Position numbers and translations under genes: made by a program
Part shown: piece after piece, positions 63,501 through 64,000 of the stretch
Numbering within the stretch: the first letter of the stretch is position 1
Layout: the number at the start of each line of letters is the position of its first letter
Virus record (IMG/VR): IMGVR_UViG_3300048017_000141
DNA length: 64,000 nt
Reading direction: 5' to 3' (one strand)
Origin: a virus
Notes under the pieces: generated by a model
Told to the model about the DNA's origin: nothing
The model's input: the letters and a program-made list of their open reading frames with translations, nothing else
Database searches by the model: none

Positions 63501-64000
63501 TGTCATAAGTAACAATGATATAGTTGACGAAGAAATAGCTATTGCGAAAATGAAAGAATTAGGATTTAATCCAGCAGACAGTGACTTTACTATAGATGAA
63601 TCATCATTTTACGAACTAATAGACCCAAGGTTTGAAAATTCTTTGGATACTAAAGATATAACCAAGCTATTTGACAATCTTAGGGAAAACGGTATTAAAG
63701 CTATAAGATATAGTGATGGGGCGCAAGTATCAGGTAATACAACAAATAGTATTGCCGTGATTGACCCGTCTGTTTTATTAAACAAGAAAAACACTAAATT
63801 TAGCAAGTCGTTAAGCTATGATTTTAATGATATGCTAGAGCGTAATACAGGAGTAGCTTCTTATGAGAAAGTGTCGGACATCGTGGCTAAAAGAACCGGT
63901 GTAAAAGCAAATAAACTTTCGTTCTTTATACCGCCATCTGCGGAAGACTTTAGAGGGTTAACAACATATATGTTCTCGGGTAAAGGTAAAGAAGGAGAAG
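57502..64000 (+). CDS. Giant multidomain (polyvalent-type) virion protein, 3' truncated by the window edge
   Basis: ATG at 57502. I saw no in-frame stop through base 64000, which gives more than 2166 codons. No other plus-strand ORF is listed in this interval and only short antisense ORFs are. HEFLH lies at 60229-60243 and an ART-like segment at about 63360-63800. Confidence 0.8.
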   Translation, partial: MANYLNKEGILYTQEEIESAAQENGVDIDTIIADNELTLGEDENNTELPGKKKRVTAKKPTVTQSKLKTKSASPTKTTSSDSNGKVYPWQSKDVAVNPSSTDKFKKQAAKEKGQGVPTVKNINKSNKTTENFIANNPFDLQNGSLMTGEAGTRDFLNLLPEEEEKKFKEAQAAADRNALNRSEKEAISFINSKVNVKEAQDQLDSEINDSEFSDYLREGAKSWYNEAIGGPISMVGQSLGANIDLTISPKKPLAEEKKQAISELSKNRKAGTKITNQEIDNRAKEIFLENKIVDQKGKAAEEYFDNLDDPKLQEKLKIKAIGDKLNSSSVAKQRTLLAKTLNTQLDDFSTYASSFKSRYDLGEVTNEEIAEYKSKAADATDAYKQLNYIYNDFPSVLDKLDSDTAKLDYFKYNYDDVEGNLMRLYGTTEKIVGGTAKFAGELVSYFEEGATDTKLGELISATGGDILSDSEKRAKEYKNISFDSVNSFSDFGKYAGILFSEQVPIYASMFFGGEAGAYGVAASSGGQKIQEMEDEIGANYDRGTKLLTAFAFAAAEFIPEKIGTLRMFENMKGTMMAVNQESRQLFKQNFIDASLKYVGKTGAESFIEGSTETLTEFLDFTIDEQFLGKKISSEEKVKRTKNAFIGGAIMAGGMQGLGGASTLVAKELKNYATNNELATSKKIMDRIDFLQNEIQSNMGLTSKETSQIKSEIDKLTDDSISIIENSKDRVYDMTSKDMVAVLDINRKQQDIKQSYAELIESNFSDVIKQEKASELKDEFNKLERDRNFLLTGKYAAANRIIGNGIAIDSSIENIRKLANSLGEKEVANKIGGQSGVAVFEDQSELKQAYKQWLVTENKSVADEANKLTSEEIDNKVEEAGNSDGFILPNGQLVINKTIAAQTGAINVANHEFLHKVLRSAFSNPVELKKTVDSFISTLSEKEKSIVQKRIDDNYRYTIDESGNKVENNFNDYAEEYFTAFIDAIAKGDIKWDSNLKESLIRIANPIVKLLQRLGFTNIKFNEGRDFYNFLKDYQTNISKGRITTRANSLLKGEPVNKVTAFSKSIEEKMDILDEQLSSGEIDIDQYEAKMTALEKEESQLKRAEYEQKKEESKAEVKTEAVRTKKEKTELSDIAAKAKAKLDAIGNDTKGFNSSNPAIYAELDKMVKAKSRNWRTSNGTVIDFTNKDKGGLDGFDLDEMASYVRTSMIPYIAKFDPAKNNSLYGYINAQYANRMRAALKSGEVANVVFTEDVSEMKGLSNEEVETTKPSLPERKRFQNILESGVFSPDVIDNISAKVLPIVRTLKSKINEKISINKTTAPIIAEIKDEMGKQADIDIKKAMGGKENQELQNWLITNKKTILENMTTTWLMGKDGKGGMPFAIQKRIGGRWVNFPEWVGKKIDRESVSTDLAGRTAGHEMVRRLPDVDKNVSTMEFLSSIIDLKDSSPIRGRKEALAKALAEEISFDLISDDISNDGPIASALQKNQELLGAVTERILAEEFNRLSERGNVKFSISQKQIDDAINYLVNEAGGSIYIARRSGANAFNDLYEIVKAGGEETALNDILDRYQDVLEKIAYNKHETNMTILLKTILGNEFSGKKLGGNNNNVADFIITKGKVADKNNPAVANVELKKNAFARITSGTINSISGKDLTATSKDSFDKISKAYNDFLKGETFSAIRKLTEGQTKTGNFRVPAENKIAITNILKGKRVVFAEPIPLNIINDINLSKKYSNDLLVLGTTVSDYFGAGFKDKYGIEEDNIVVPQIEMKLVKNGENYILYPRVYFYLDKATAVKMTKTIIEGNNLSEISKMAGIVIDNKAVLANAKSQFNNLNSFSKPVENIDIISDYISKNNAKRIDAETSFDILNDTLKDIENYWGILPNEVIASMERTVDYAFDVIEDRENDGGPLMAAVNDALNVETLKNTEKQLNTFIDKNYKNPEGTDTAKFSKSSGNYTTVYAGAPKGKDLKVIGRKGVNFFATDLREAKEYARMNDGDVQDFVISNNDIVDEEIAIAKMKELGFNPADSDFTIDESSFYELIDPRFENSLDTKDITKLFDNLRENGIKAIRYSDGAQVSGNTTNSIAVIDPSVLLNKKNTKFSKSLSYDFNDMLERNTGVASYEKVSDIVAKRTGVKANKLSFFIPPSAEDFRGLTTYMFSGKGKEGE

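Noticed and set aside
57540-63806. Short minus-strand ORFs listed across 57.5-63.8 kb, and similar antisense ORFs inside nrdA, GroEL, the tail fibre and other large genes
   Set aside because: All lie antisense to long open frames with recognisable protein features. Their compositions are typical antisense artefacts of AT-rich coding sequence.
57502-64000. Virion-packaged RNA polymerase (N4 or crAss-like) hidden in the giant protein
   Set aside because: I could not find a convincing DxDGD-type metal-binding motif or double-psi beta-barrel signatures by eye. The only similar string is LDADGN in ORF 2..1780. I mention this only as a remote alternative for who reads the 13-copy element.

Overview
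The window is almost entirely tailed dsDNA phage genome. It is AT-rich and tightly packed, with no Shine-Dalgarno-like sites visible by eye. Lipoprotein and secretion signals look Bacteroidota-type, so a Flavobacteriia-like host is my inference, not a demonstrated fact.

Architecture: two divergent transcription arms start from a non-coding control region at about 24.8-25.26 kb.

- The minus-strand arm runs 24614 down to 1886. It starts with about 45 small early genes plus a tRNA/structured-RNA island. It continues with a sigma factor and an HTH protein, an ERF/exonuclease/SSB recombination module, and a primase-helicase. It ends with a nucleotide-metabolism block: a ThyA-fold enzyme, MazG-like pyrophosphatases, GIY-YIG domains and class I RNR alpha and beta.
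- The plus-strand arm runs 25306 to the window end. It encodes a tail fibre, a holin / M15 endolysin / u-spanin-like lysis cassette, and a GroEL plus GroES pair. These are followed by small accessory genes, TerL, portal, scaffold, major capsid and large tail or virion proteins.
- The plus arm ends in a giant ORF (57502 to beyond 64000) that is missing from the supplied ORF track because it has no stop inside the window.
- The 5'-truncated ORF at 2..1780 is on the same strand and ends at a bidirectional terminator facing nrdA. The window may therefore wrap around a circular or permuted map.

Most notable observations:
1. The thymidylate-synthase homologue has Asp at the position of the uracil-specifying Asn, which is the signature of a dCMP-modifying enzyme. 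It sits beside MazG-like pyrophosphatases and RNR, suggesting modified cytosine in the DNA.
2. A conserved ~45-bp element occurs 13 times (plus one decayed copy) in front of early genes.
3. A class-II tRNA gene appears to be interrupted by about 77 nt at the anticodon loop, inside a roughly 950-bp structured non-coding island.
4. The phage encodes a complete GroEL/GroES pair.
5. The giant polyvalent-type virion protein carries an HExxH motif and an ART-like region.

No integrase, CRISPR array, rRNA or reverse transcriptase was seen.
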